From the IMG/VR virus record IMGVR_UViG_3300042261_001312, positions 186,001-250,000 of that record: a stretch of 64,000 nucleotides of DNA; one strand, written 5' to 3'. This document shows positions 1 to 10,111 of this stretch, piece by piece; position 1 is the first letter of the stretch; each line of letters opens with the position of its first letter. The translations under genes and the position numbers were made by a program. The notes beneath the pieces are model-generated. The model was not told the DNA's origin and did not search any database. It saw only the letters and a list, made by a program, of their open reading frames with translations.

Positions 1-345
1 TCACGTAAAGATGGCATTATTGAAATAACACTTGCATCCAAACAATTAATTAAAGATATTCAATTTATTGTACAGTCTTTAGGTGGAATTGGAAGATTAA
101 AAGAAAAATGGGTATTATATAATGGAAGTAAACGTTTATATTGGAGACTAACAATTAAATTGCCTCCAGAATTTATACCATTTAAATTAAAAAGAAAAAT
201 TGAAACGTTTGTTGCACCAACAAAATATCTACCAAATCGTGCAATCATTGATGTTAAATATTTTGGAACGGAATTAGCGCAATGTATTTTAATCGAATCT
301 GATGACCATTTATATGTAACAGATAATTGTATATTAACACATAAT
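1..345 (+). mobile_element. C-terminal part of a LAGLIDADG-type intein inserted in the helicase P-loop
   Basis: Second endonuclease block (DGIIEITLASKQLIKDIQFIVQSLGG), Hint block F/G (AQCILIESDDHLYVTDNCILTHN) ending His-Asn at 340-345, with +1 Thr at 346. Confidence 0.88.
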
Positions 346-1641
346 ACTCTTTCGAGTATTCTTTACGTTGAAATGAATGGTTTTGAAAAAGTCGTTGTTG
401 TCACGCCAAATTCCCTTAAATTCAATTACTATAATGAGGTTGAAAAGTTTACCAAAAGCAATTCACATATAGTAAAATGGAAAAAGAATAAATGTAGTAT
501 TGAAGATGCTAAATACATAATTCTTAATTACGATTTTTTTAATCCAAGCAATAAGGATAAATTTAAGGAAAAGTGGAAAAAATTAAATATTGGTAAAATT
601 GATGCAGTTATTTGTGATGAAAGTCAAAAACTGAAAAACAACAAAGCCAATACCTATAAAAATTTCAATAAAACATTTAAAAAGGAAATATTCAGAGGAG
701 AGAAAATAAGTAAAATATTTCTTTCTGGAACACCTGCGCCAAATCGTGCATATGAATTATTTACAGTTTTAAATCAAATATCGCCATTGGACTTTGGAAC
801 AAAAAAATATTTTTACGAATATTATTGCGGTATGACCTATGATTTTGCAGGTGGATGGGGATATGTTACAGATACTGCAGAACAAAAACTTGAAGAATTG
901 TATCACAAAATTGCACCATTCACTCATAGGAAAAGGAAATTTGAAGTATTGAACGATCTTCCTGATAAAATATATCAGAAGGTTATGTTGGAAATGGAAG
1001 ATAATGAATTTTCAATTTATGATGAAATTGAAACTGGCGTTGCAAATGAATTTGTAGAGCATCCGACATCCAACCCATTAACAGTTATGATTCGTTTGAG
1101 GCAATATACATCTCATTTGAAAATTAAGCCAGTTGTTGAATTGATTGAAAATATTTTGGAGACTGGTGAAAAGGTAGTTATTGTTGATACTTTCAAAGAA
1201 CCACTTTATGAACTCAAAAGACTTTTGGGTGATGTTGCAGGACTTCATACTGGTGATCAATCAGTTGAAGAACGTGCTGAAATTGTTAAGCAATTTCAAG
1301 ACCCAAATAGCAATATGAAAGTTTTCATTGGTTCAATACAGACTTGTAACTATGGGTTGACATTAACCGCAGCGAGTAAGTTATTTATTATGACTTTACC
1401 ATATTCTGTCGGTGAATACGATCAAGTTAGTGACCGTTTACATAGAATTGGTCAGAAAAGTGTGGTGAATATATATCCGTTAATGTTTAGAGATACAATT
1501 GATGATTATATATTTTCAGCAATTGAAAGCAAGAGAAAAGAAATTGTTAAGGTGATGGATAATGAAGATTATACATCAAATGTTGCTGAATCTGTTCTTG
1601 GTGAAGTAATTAAAAAAATTAAAGATAAGCATGGCAAGTAG
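1..1641 (+). CDS. SNF2/SWI2-family (SF2) helicase/ATPase, intein-containing, 5'-truncated by window edge
   Basis: Frame 1 is open from base 1 into the ORF-track ORF at 160. Motifs: VVVVTPNSLKFN, DAVICDESQ (Walker B), FLSGTP, C-terminal GLTLTAA and QVSDRLHRIGQ (HELICc). Walker A Thr follows the intein end (HN/TLSSILY). Confidence 0.9.
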   Translation, partial: SRKDGIIEITLASKQLIKDIQFIVQSLGGIGRLKEKWVLYNGSKRLYWRLTIKLPPEFIPFKLKRKIETFVAPTKYLPNRAIIDVKYFGTELAQCILIESDDHLYVTDNCILTHNTLSSILYVEMNGFEKVVVVTPNSLKFNYYNEVEKFTKSNSHIVKWKKNKCSIEDAKYIILNYDFFNPSNKDKFKEKWKKLNIGKIDAVICDESQKLKNNKANTYKNFNKTFKKEIFRGEKISKIFLSGTPAPNRAYELFTVLNQISPLDFGTKKYFYEYYCGMTYDFAGGWGYVTDTAEQKLEELYHKIAPFTHRKRKFEVLNDLPDKIYQKVMLEMEDNEFSIYDEIETGVANEFVEHPTSNPLTVMIRLRQYTSHLKIKPVVELIENILETGEKVVIVDTFKEPLYELKRLLGDVAGLHTGDQSVEERAEIVKQFQDPNSNMKVFIGSIQTCNYGLTLTAASKLFIMTLPYSVGEYDQVSDRLHRIGQKSVVNIYPLMFRDTIDDYIFSAIESKRKEIVKVMDNEDYTSNVAESVLGEVIKKIKDKHGK

Positions 1642-1990
1642 ATATAAATTAGGATTGAATCCTATTCAGGATTTTTTGTTTACAACGATTAATTATGGTG
1701 TCGATATTTCAAGTAAAAAACACAGAAGAGATGTCGTAGAAGCAGTCAAACTTATTTTGGAAAACATTTTGGAAGATGAAAATGTTTCTCTATATTTGGA
1801 CTTTGAAATTAAGAAGAAAGACAATTATTTCAAGGTGATTGCAAATAATGCGATAACAGCATTGTGGTTCAGTGGTGTTATGGTTGAAAATGTAGAAGAT
1901 ACTTTTAAAAGTGATTATTTTATTATTGGCGATAAAAGATACCACTATGACAGAAAAACGAAAAAATTAACATATAAAACAAAATCATGA
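1631..1990 (+). CDS. hypothetical protein
   Basis: 119-aa ORF overlapping both neighbours; no recognisable motif. Confidence 0.7.
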   Translation: MASRYKLGLNPIQDFLFTTINYGVDISSKKHRRDVVEAVKLILENILEDENVSLYLDFEIKKKDNYFKVIANNAITALWFSGVMVENVEDTFKSDYFIIGDKRYHYDRKTKKLTYKTKS

Positions 1991-2853
1991 GTAAAAATGT
2001 TGCAGTATTATTTTCAGGTGGACTTGATTCGACATACTTAGTATGGAAAAATCTTTCAGAAGGTAATCATGTAATTCCGATTTATATTGAAATTGAAAAC
2101 AATGAAATGAAATCAATTTTGGAGAAAAATCGAATTGAATTATTGCGGGAAGAATTTTTGAAAGAATTTAGCAGTAGAATGTCTTACATCCGCTATGTTT
2201 TTAAAGCAAGTATCAGTGCCAATGAGAGTGGTTTGTATTTTAAACAAATACCAATATGGATACTTGGTATTATATATTCACAAAGTCTACCTGTCGATGA
2301 AATACAAATTGGATATGTCATGAATGATGATGCGATTTCATATTTGGATGATATTCAAAATATTTATAAATCATATCAACCAATTTGCGACACATTAACG
2401 CCATTAGTTTTTCCATTGACAAAAAAAAGTAAATGGCAGATGGCTGATGAATTACCCAAGCAATACTTAAATTTAATTGTTAGTTGTGAAAATCCAAGGA
2501 TAATCGGGTCTAAAGATGCTAGAATTGTCCAATATGAGCCATGTTGTGAATGTGTTCCATGTTCACATATTATTGAAAGTCAATATTATCATACATATAG
2601 ATTTCCTGATAATTACAAGGATAATTTGCTTCGGAAACACGTAAAAGCGTTAAGAAATAATGGATATGAAGTAGTTGACGAAGATGGCAATAAATATCGT
2701 CATAAATATGATTTATTATATCAAAATGAACCGTTTCAACTATACATTAATTTCGATTTTACTCTTGATAATGAATATCAGGTGGATAAAGCAAGAAATC
2801 AAATGAAAGAAGCGTCAGGGACGAAAGACTTTAAAAATAACTCAAAAGATTAG
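1987..2853 (+). CDS. queC: QueC-like 7-cyano-7-deazaguanine synthase (PP-loop ATPase)
   Basis: N-terminal AVLFSGGLDST PP-loop; C-terminal SC...CCECVPC zinc-binding cysteine cluster typical of QueC. Confidence 0.7.
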   Translation: MSKNVAVLFSGGLDSTYLVWKNLSEGNHVIPIYIEIENNEMKSILEKNRIELLREEFLKEFSSRMSYIRYVFKASISANESGLYFKQIPIWILGIIYSQSLPVDEIQIGYVMNDDAISYLDDIQNIYKSYQPICDTLTPLVFPLTKKSKWQMADELPKQYLNLIVSCENPRIIGSKDARIVQYEPCCECVPCSHIIESQYYHTYRFPDNYKDNLLRKHVKALRNNGYEVVDEDGNKYRHKYDLLYQNEPFQLYINFDFTLDNEYQVDKARNQMKEASGTKDFKNNSKD

Positions 2854-2858
2854 TATCG

Positions 2859-5800
2859 ATGGATAAATTACAAGTATTGGGAGAAATCAAAGGATTTCTT
2901 GAAGGCTATAATAATGATTTAAAATATTTGGTGAATGTCGAGACTGACCCAAGTAACTGTATCGCAGAATGTGTGATACATGAGCCAAATAAACAGTCCA
3001 GAATCGAAAAGATTTATTATGAACCGTTCATGTACATGAAGGATTTGTCTAAATTGGGCATTAAATTATATGCTGGTGAAACAGATGAATTCATTGTAAA
3101 GAAAAGGATTAAACACGGCATTAAAATTACCAAATTAAAAACTGGAAATCAAAAAAGGTTGGTCAATGGTTATTGTTATAAATTGACAAGCAATAGATCA
3201 TATAATGAAATTGTTACATATTTGAGGGATGGTGGTATAAATCCATATGAAAAGGCTGTCGATGGCGATGGCAATTTTATCAGAGATGCCAAAGGCGATA
3301 TCATTTATCCAAACCGTGATTTATTTTATGCTCCGAGAACTACGGAGCAATTTTTTATATCCACGCAGACAAGACTTTTCAAAGGTTTTGAAGAATATAA
3401 AAATGTTCATAAACTCACATTTGACATTGAAACCACTGGTTTGAGACATCAAATATCAAGGGTATTTGCAATTGGTGTCAGAGATAATCGTGGATATGAA
3501 ACAATTCTTGAAGCAGAAAAATTGGATGACGATGTTGCTGAAGCAACTCTTATTCAAGACTTTTTTAATTTAATTGATATTTTAAAACCTGCCGTAATTT
3601 CGGGGTATAACTCTGAAATGTTCGACTTTGAATTCCTTTTGGGTAGAGCAAAAATACTTAAAATGGATTTGAAGAAACTTCCACAAGGACTTAAATCAGG
3701 TATTGATTTAAGGCGAAGGGCAAATACTTCCGTTAAATATGGCAATACTGCTGATAAGTATACCGCTACTGAAATGTGGGGTTATTCTATCATTGATATT
3801 ATGCATGCGGTAAAGAAAACAATTGCGGTGAATAGTGACTTGAAAGAAAGTAAATTAAAATACATCGCAAAGTACGAAAAAATTGCCAAGCCAAATAGAA
3901 CATATATTAAGGGTGAAGATAATTCCATCGGTAGATTCTATGCCCAAAATAAAATGTTTTTGGCTAATGAAAATAATGACTATATTGAAATTCCTACAGA
4001 ATATCAAGATACTGCAAAGAAATTATATGTTCTTCAAGGAAATAAAGGAAGAATTTCTGACGAAGAATATAAAGTAATGAGAAAGAAATATCTTGATGCC
4101 GATAGTGGTTTCGTTTCATGGCTCAAAAGTGCGGCATTGCCCAAAGGAACTGTTTTATTTACCAGTGGCAGAAAACTTGTAAAACAATACCTTTTGGATG
4201 ACTTATGGGAAACTGAACAGGTTGATGAATTATACAATCAATCTTCATTCATGTTGGCAAAAATTGTTCCAACCACATATCATCGTGTTTGTACTATGGG
4301 TACTGCATCGATTTGGAACTTATTGATGACCGCATGGAGTTATGAAAACGATCTAGCAATTCCAATTCCTGATAAAATCGAAAGATTTTCAGGGGGTTTG
4401 GCAAGATGTTATAAAGTAGGATTCTCAAAGAGAATTAAAAAGATTGACTATGCATCACTTTATCCAATGATTCAATTAACGGATAATGTATTTCCAATGT
4501 TTGATGTTACGAATGTGTTGAAGAAGATGTTATTGTATTTGACAACTACTCGTAACATCTATAAAAAAATGGCAAATGGGGATAACTTGAATAATGAAGA
4601 GGTTACTTTGTTGAAGCAAATTGACCACGAAATGCACGTTAAATATATTAACAATAAATTGAGTCCTGCTGATTTGTTAATGTGTAAGGTAAAACAATTG
4701 CCTATCAAAATTTTGAACAACTCTTTGTTCGGTGCTTTGGGTTCGGCAATATCATTCAACTGGTCTGATAACGTATGTGCGGCAAGGATTACCTGTACTG
4801 GTAGGTTACATTTGCGTCATGCTATCAGTTACTTCACCAAATATGGTTGTACCGCATTACTTGCAGTAACTGACGGTATTAACTTTAGTTATCCAGAAAC
4901 AACAACAATTAAAGTAACTGATACAGAAGTTATTGAAGGTGTTCAAGAAGGCAAGATTGAAGATTTATGGCAATATGGTGGCAAAGTTGGATTGAATGCA
5001 TTGATTGAGAAATACAATAAAGAAGAAATGAAGCCACCGTTTATGTCTGTTGATGATGATGGTGATTCGTTGTCTTGTTTGAATCTTTCACGTATTAATT
5101 ATGCTTCACTTTCTTTGGCTAAAGATAAGAAGACTGGTGAAATGAAAGAAAGGGTCAAATTGACTGGTAATACAATCAAGTCTAAAATAATGCCTGAATA
5201 CATTGAAGAATTTATTGATAAGGGTTTGAATATGGTATTGCATGGTCAAGGTAGTGAATTTGTTAAGTATTATTACGATTATTGTGATGATATTCGTTAT
5301 ATGCAAATTCCGTTGAAAAAGATTGCAAGCAAAAGTAAGATAAAAACCACATTGACTGCATATAAGAAAAGAGGTACTGACAAAAATGGTAGGGAAAAGG
5401 GTGTTCAGGCACATATGGAACTCTTAATTGAAAAGAGGAATAAAATTGCCGAAGAACTTTTTGAAAAACATAGGGAATCATTGGATTTGAGTAAAGTTAA
5501 AAAGGAATTGACCATTGACGATAAATTAAAATATATTGCAAATTATATGCCACCAGAACCTGAGTTGGATAGTGTTGTATATTATGTAAATTCGGGATAT
5601 AAGAAATCGCATGGTGACTCTAGAATTATTGTTGATAAAGTTACTGGCAAGGAAAGATATTGTGCTACTCTTATTAGCAATGAAGACTTGCTTGAGAATC
5701 CAAATATGAAAGGCGAGTATAATTATGAAAAATATCTTGATGCGTTTAATAAACGTGTTGAATCATTGTTGGTTGGATTTGACCCTGAAATACAAAAGAA

Positions 5801-6509
5801 AATTTTGGTTAAAATTGGTAAAGAGGGTGATTTGAAAAAAGAAGACTTTACAAGCGATGAGTTGGTATTGAAAAATTTCGATGATGACGATTACGATGAT
5901 TCAATGTTTTTGGAAGAACTTGAAGTTGATTTTTGGAATAAAACTGGTTATGATCCACGAAAAGTGTGGAATGGATTTAAAATGTACGATGATAGCAAAG
6001 TATATTATGAAATATACGACAATGCATTAAATCATTTGAATAAATTAATGACCGAAAGTAATAAGCCAAGAATCAGATCAATCAATGATGATTACAAAGA
6101 TGGTGATTTAGTGCTAATTAAAGATGGAAGTGAATATCATGTGGCTGCATATAATGGCGAATACATGCAAATTGTCAGAGAAAATGTTCAAGTTCCAAAA
6201 AGTGAGATAGAATTGGAACTTGATAGGATTAGGGAAGAAAAGGAAAGGAAAATTGAAGAACTACGTGCAATTGATTTAACTTCAAAAACTGATACCGAAA
6301 TTCAATTGGAATCGGAAATGGCTAAACGTGAAAAATATTTTCCACTCTTTTTGAAACAATATGGTCTTTCTCCTGAACAATATACAATAGATAAATTTTT
6401 CATTGAGGTAGCGGAAGCAATTGAACCATTTAATTATTTCATTTCACAAATGGAAAACGAAAATGAACCAGAACCTGAATATGATGATGGTGGTGATGGT
6501 GCTTATTAA
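2859..6509 (+). CDS. polB: family B DNA polymerase (T4 gp43-like) with 3'-5' exonuclease
   Basis: ExoI TFDIETTG, ExoII GYNSEMFDF, ExoIII YLLDD; region II IDYASLYPMI, region III KILNNSLFG, region I variant AVTDGINF; long acidic C-terminal extension. Confidence 0.93.
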   Translation: MDKLQVLGEIKGFLEGYNNDLKYLVNVETDPSNCIAECVIHEPNKQSRIEKIYYEPFMYMKDLSKLGIKLYAGETDEFIVKKRIKHGIKITKLKTGNQKRLVNGYCYKLTSNRSYNEIVTYLRDGGINPYEKAVDGDGNFIRDAKGDIIYPNRDLFYAPRTTEQFFISTQTRLFKGFEEYKNVHKLTFDIETTGLRHQISRVFAIGVRDNRGYETILEAEKLDDDVAEATLIQDFFNLIDILKPAVISGYNSEMFDFEFLLGRAKILKMDLKKLPQGLKSGIDLRRRANTSVKYGNTADKYTATEMWGYSIIDIMHAVKKTIAVNSDLKESKLKYIAKYEKIAKPNRTYIKGEDNSIGRFYAQNKMFLANENNDYIEIPTEYQDTAKKLYVLQGNKGRISDEEYKVMRKKYLDADSGFVSWLKSAALPKGTVLFTSGRKLVKQYLLDDLWETEQVDELYNQSSFMLAKIVPTTYHRVCTMGTASIWNLLMTAWSYENDLAIPIPDKIERFSGGLARCYKVGFSKRIKKIDYASLYPMIQLTDNVFPMFDVTNVLKKMLLYLTTTRNIYKKMANGDNLNNEEVTLLKQIDHEMHVKYINNKLSPADLLMCKVKQLPIKILNNSLFGALGSAISFNWSDNVCAARITCTGRLHLRHAISYFTKYGCTALLAVTDGINFSYPETTTIKVTDTEVIEGVQEGKIEDLWQYGGKVGLNALIEKYNKEEMKPPFMSVDDDGDSLSCLNLSRINYASLSLAKDKKTGEMKERVKLTGNTIKSKIMPEYIEEFIDKGLNMVLHGQGSEFVKYYYDYCDDIRYMQIPLKKIASKSKIKTTLTAYKKRGTDKNGREKGVQAHMELLIEKRNKIAEELFEKHRESLDLSKVKKELTIDDKLKYIANYMPPEPELDSVVYYVNSGYKKSHGDSRIIVDKVTGKERYCATLISNEDLLENPNMKGEYNYEKYLDAFNKRVESLLVGFDPEIQKKILVKIGKEGDLKKEDFTSDELVLKNFDDDDYDDSMFLEELEVDFWNKTGYDPRKVWNGFKMYDDSKVYYEIYDNALNHLNKLMTESNKPRIRSINDDYKDGDLVLIKDGSEYHVAAYNGEYMQIVRENVQVPKSEIELELDRIREEKERKIEELRAIDLTSKTDTEIQLESEMAKREKYFPLFLKQYGLSPEQYTIDKFFIEVAEAIEPFNYFISQMENENEPEPEYDDGGDGAY

Positions 6510-6518
6510 CAATTAATA

Positions 6519-6527
6519 GTATTTATA
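6519..6527 (+). promoter_or_regulatory. GTATTTATA putative phage late promoter
   Basis: Recurrent motif, 24 nt before ATG 6543. Confidence 0.7.
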
Positions 6528-6542
6528 TAGAAATATGCTGTT

Positions 6543-7160
6543 ATGAGAATAAATAAGAAAGAATTGTTTGAAATAATTAATGCCAATGGGGAATTGATTG
6601 GTAATGATGGTATTCCAACAAATGGTGCAGATTTGGAATCACAAGCCAATAACACAACGGATTATAATGCAAAAATTGGTAATCAACCATTCAGATACGA
6701 TATGTTGGGTAGATTTGGATTCACACTTTTACCTTTCTTTGAAGGAGAAGAAAATCAAGATCAACTTGAACTTTTCAGTGATTTACAAGAATTGATGTTT
6801 GAGAGATATGTAGAAATTTTGAAGTTCTATTATAAAAATCCAAATAAACTTAAATCTGATTATAGGAAAATCGTTGATGGTGACAGCAATGTGAATAAAG
6901 AAGTAAATGCAGAATATGCAAAGAAAATAATCAAAATTGTTGAGAAACACTTTGAAAACGCATTTAAAGAACCTGAACAAATCGATGAATCTAAAGTTGC
7001 TGAAGATAAAGTAGTTGAAAAGAAAAATGAAGATGAAATCAGTAAAAAGGGTGAGGGAAATGAAGTCAGAGAAAAAAAACTTGAAAAGATTGCAGATTTG
7101 ATTCTTAAATTGGATAAGAAGGATGTAAATAAATTGAAAAATTTATTAGAGAGAAAGTAA
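6543..7160 (+). CDS. hypothetical protein (possible head-associated protein)
   Basis: 205-aa ORF behind the late motif; charged C-terminus with IDE/LLE linker-like motifs. Confidence 0.7.
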   Translation: MRINKKELFEIINANGELIGNDGIPTNGADLESQANNTTDYNAKIGNQPFRYDMLGRFGFTLLPFFEGEENQDQLELFSDLQELMFERYVEILKFYYKNPNKLKSDYRKIVDGDSNVNKEVNAEYAKKIIKIVEKHFENAFKEPEQIDESKVAEDKVVEKKNEDEISKKGEGNEVREKKLEKIADLILKLDKKDVNKLKNLLERK

Positions 7161-7996
7161 TGGCTAATCAAGAATTGTACAATAAGACCTATTCTGTGCC
7201 CTCTAGTGTATTAAAATATATACATGCAACCCTAGTATCCAATCCAAGTGGTACTGGCGTTAAACGAGCCAAATTCGTGCTTAAAAACGGTGTATTAACT
7301 TATCAGGCATTGAAGAGATTGAAAAATTTCTTCGATACTTTTAATCCAGAAACTGGTGATAAAGTTCAATATGCACTTGCTGGTGGAACTTTGATGAAAG
7401 ATTTTATTGAAAAAACGTTAAGTACTGACAGAGATGCAATTAGAAGGTCTAAAGAAGTAAGACGTGATATGACGACAAATCCAAATTCTGAATTAAAGCC
7501 ATATCAGAATCCAAGACTAAATGAAGAAAGCGGTGTTGATTATTTGGTGAGAACAATTGATAGGGAAATACTTCAATCGATACTTAATGAAAATAAAGAT
7601 GAATTGAAGAAAAATGCAATTGCTGTTATTGTCAATAATGAGAATAAAATATTGTTATTAAAAAGAGCAGACGAGGAAGATACTTGGATGCCTAATAAGT
7701 GGGCATTAGTTGGTGGTGGAGTTGAAAAGGGCGAAACTCCTGAAAAGGCAGTTAAAAGAGAAATTCAGGAAGAAACTGGTTTGGATGTTAAGAAATTCGT
7801 AAATTCATTCACAATACAAAGGCACAAGAGCAGTATTGAACATGTGTTTGCATGTAGATATGATGGTGAACCAACTGATGTGGTTCTTGATCATGAAAAC
7901 ACAAATTATGGTTGGTTCGATGTTCAGGAAATGAAATTTTTAGATATTGTACCACATTTGATAGAATACATTACTTTGGCTTTCAAATCCTATTAA
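7160..7996 (+). CDS. two-domain protein: uncharacterised N-terminal helical domain plus C-terminal Nudix hydrolase
   Basis: Complete Nudix box GGGVEKGETPEKAVKREIQEETGL; TAATG coupling to the upstream gene; RLNEES/ILNENK linkers between the domains. Confidence 0.85.
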   Translation: MANQELYNKTYSVPSSVLKYIHATLVSNPSGTGVKRAKFVLKNGVLTYQALKRLKNFFDTFNPETGDKVQYALAGGTLMKDFIEKTLSTDRDAIRRSKEVRRDMTTNPNSELKPYQNPRLNEESGVDYLVRTIDREILQSILNENKDELKKNAIAVIVNNENKILLLKRADEEDTWMPNKWALVGGGVEKGETPEKAVKREIQEETGLDVKKFVNSFTIQRHKSSIEHVFACRYDGEPTDVVLDHENTNYGWFDVQEMKFLDIVPHLIEYITLAFKSY

Positions 7997-7997
7997 A

Positions 7998-8921
7998 ATG
8001 AAAACAAGTAATAGAGAAGAATTTATTTATAAAGCCGTTCAATTACATAGTAATAGTTATGATTATTCTGAAGTTATTTATTTAAATAATAAGACTAGTG
8101 TAAGAATAAAATGTAATAAATGTGGTAAAATTTTTAATCAAACTCCTAATAATCATTTACGCAATCACGGATGTCCATATTGTTTTTCATTAAATATAGG
8201 TAATTTGAAAAGACATTCAAATAATATTTTTATTGAAAGAGCGAATGCCATACATGGTTATAAATATAATTATGATGATATATGTTATGTAAATGCTAAT
8301 ACAAAAATTAATATTATTTGTGAAAAACATGGAACGTTTAAGCAAACTCCTTCAATGCACTTAAAAGGTAGAGGTTGTCATATTTGTGGATTAGAGAAGA
8401 GATGTGATAGTAAGAAAAAAACATTAAACAGTTTTATTGAAGATGCTAAGATTATGCATGATGAAAAATATGATTATTCTTTGGTGCAATATGAAAAGTC
8501 AAACAAAAAAATATTAATTATTTGTAAATTACATGGTGTTTTTACACAAACCCCTAATAATCATTTGAATGGTGCTGGATGTCCCAAGTGTTGTGAATCA
8601 AAAGGTGAAATGAAAATTAGAAATTATTTTGAAAAAAATAATATAAGATATTTGAGACAAATGACATTTAATAATTGTAAAAATAAAAAGTCGTTATTTT
8701 TTGATTTTTATTTGCCTGATTATGATGTGTTGATAGAATATGATGGAGAATTACATTATAAAAGTGTTGAATATTTTGGTGGTGATGTGGGATTGCAATA
8801 TAGAAAATATAATGATAACATAAAAAATATGTATGTTATAGAAAATAATTTAAACTTAGTGAGAATTAGTTATATTGATTATGAAAATATTGATAACATA
8901 TTAAATCAATTATTACAATAA
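7998..8921 (+). CDS. free-standing putative homing endonuclease: DUF723-like Cys/His repeats plus C-terminal Vsr/DUF559-like PD-(D/E)XK domain
   Basis: Three repeats of the form FI..A...H...YdY...Y......i.C..hG.F.QTP..HL.g.GC..C, then ESKGE...FDFYLP...IEYDGELH...LVRISY. Confidence 0.8.
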   Translation: MKTSNREEFIYKAVQLHSNSYDYSEVIYLNNKTSVRIKCNKCGKIFNQTPNNHLRNHGCPYCFSLNIGNLKRHSNNIFIERANAIHGYKYNYDDICYVNANTKINIICEKHGTFKQTPSMHLKGRGCHICGLEKRCDSKKKTLNSFIEDAKIMHDEKYDYSLVQYEKSNKKILIICKLHGVFTQTPNNHLNGAGCPKCCESKGEMKIRNYFEKNNIRYLRQMTFNNCKNKKSLFFDFYLPDYDVLIEYDGELHYKSVEYFGGDVGLQYRKYNDNIKNMYVIENNLNLVRISYIDYENIDNILNQLLQ

Positions 8922-8924
8922 TTT

Positions 8925-8933
8925 GTATTTATA
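8925..8933 (+). promoter_or_regulatory. GTATTTATA putative late promoter
   Basis: 41 nt before ATG 8966. Confidence 0.65.
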
Positions 8934-8965
8934 GTAAATAACATAAAACAATTAAAATATAAAAA

Positions 8966-9205
8966 ATGAGCAGACTAGAAGGTTACAGTGAAGGGTTCAG
9001 AAAAACCAATGTCGCTAGAAATAGTTACAACAACAATAACGAGTACACTGCTGGACATCCCGATGCATTATCAACTGGTGATGAATTAGGAAAGGGTGAA
9101 GTGAATGGTGAAGTTGGTGGTGCTACTGACATCAAAGAAAGAAAAAGAGAAATTGTGAAAAATAAATTCAATAAGAATAAAGAATATAACGCAGGAACTG
9201 CATAA
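8966..9205 (+). CDS. small hypothetical protein
   Basis: 79-aa Gly/Asn-rich ORF with A-rich leader and late motif. Confidence 0.7.
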   Translation: MSRLEGYSEGFRKTNVARNSYNNNNEYTAGHPDALSTGDELGKGEVNGEVGGATDIKERKREIVKNKFNKNKEYNAGTA

Positions 9206-9206
9206 T

Positions 9207-10079
9207 ATGTTTAAAGAAGTTAAAATATTAATTGAGAACATTAAAAAATTTCGCAATCTTTTAACTGAAGGCGTTGATCAGAATGATATCGTGGATTATA
9301 TTAATAATCACGAATACATTTATATTTATTATGCTGGTGATGAAACAAACAAAAGAGGGTATCGAACAATAAGACCGTATGTTCTTGGCACGTCGAAAGT
9401 AAATGGTAATTTATTGTTAAGGGCATGGCAAGACAGAGGTAAAAGCGAAACCTTTGGAAATAGACCAACACGTCCTGACAGTGAAGAACACGATTATTGG
9501 ATGACCGAGAATGGTCAAGTACCCGGGTGGCGAATGTTCCGTGTGGATAAAATTGAAAAAGTATATCCCACAGGGAAAAGATTTGTCAAAACTGATGGTA
9601 CTGTAATGATACCACCGAAATATAAAGAAGGTTCTGATAAAAATATGGCTTCAATAATCGCTTATGTTTCAAGTAAAAAAGAACCTGTCGAACCAGAAGG
9701 AGTACCAACTACAACTGGTGTGACCAAAGTTAGTAAATGGGCGAATTTTACACATGGTAATAAAAACAATCGTACAATAACTGCAAGAGATGTTACTAAT
9801 TTGAGCAATATTGCAAGCAGGGTTTATAAAAAATCTAAAGGTAGTTTTTTGGTTGCCATTAACAATAATAATGATTTTGAGATTATTGATGTTAGAGACA
9901 AAGATAAAGTTCCAAAAGAAGCAATTGTTGGCAGTTTACCACATCTATTAGATACTTTGGTTAAAAAAGAAGCACCTGATAAGTTCTTCAATGACACAAA
10001 AAATAAATTACAAGGCGAATTAAAAGAATCAAAAATTCCTACAATTCCATTCGAAAGAAAGACTTTTTTCAAACAATAA
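9207..10079 (+). CDS. WYL-domain protein without N-terminal HTH
   Basis: IYYAG...RTIRPYVLG...LLLRAW...GWRMFRVDKIEKV matches the WYL SH3-like fold pattern (R.i.Py.l...y..a.....R.FR.dri). Confidence 0.7.
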   Translation: MFKEVKILIENIKKFRNLLTEGVDQNDIVDYINNHEYIYIYYAGDETNKRGYRTIRPYVLGTSKVNGNLLLRAWQDRGKSETFGNRPTRPDSEEHDYWMTENGQVPGWRMFRVDKIEKVYPTGKRFVKTDGTVMIPPKYKEGSDKNMASIIAYVSSKKEPVEPEGVPTTTGVTKVSKWANFTHGNKNNRTITARDVTNLSNIASRVYKKSKGSFLVAINNNNDFEIIDVRDKDKVPKEAIVGSLPHLLDTLVKKEAPDKFFNDTKNKLQGELKESKIPTIPFERKTFFKQ

Positions 10080-10080
10080 T

Positions 10081-10089
10081 GTATTTATA
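10081..10089 (+). promoter_or_regulatory. GTATTTATA putative late promoter
   Basis: 31 nt before ATG 10112. Confidence 0.7.
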
Positions 10090-10111
10090 AAAAATAATAA
10101 TATTTTATAAA

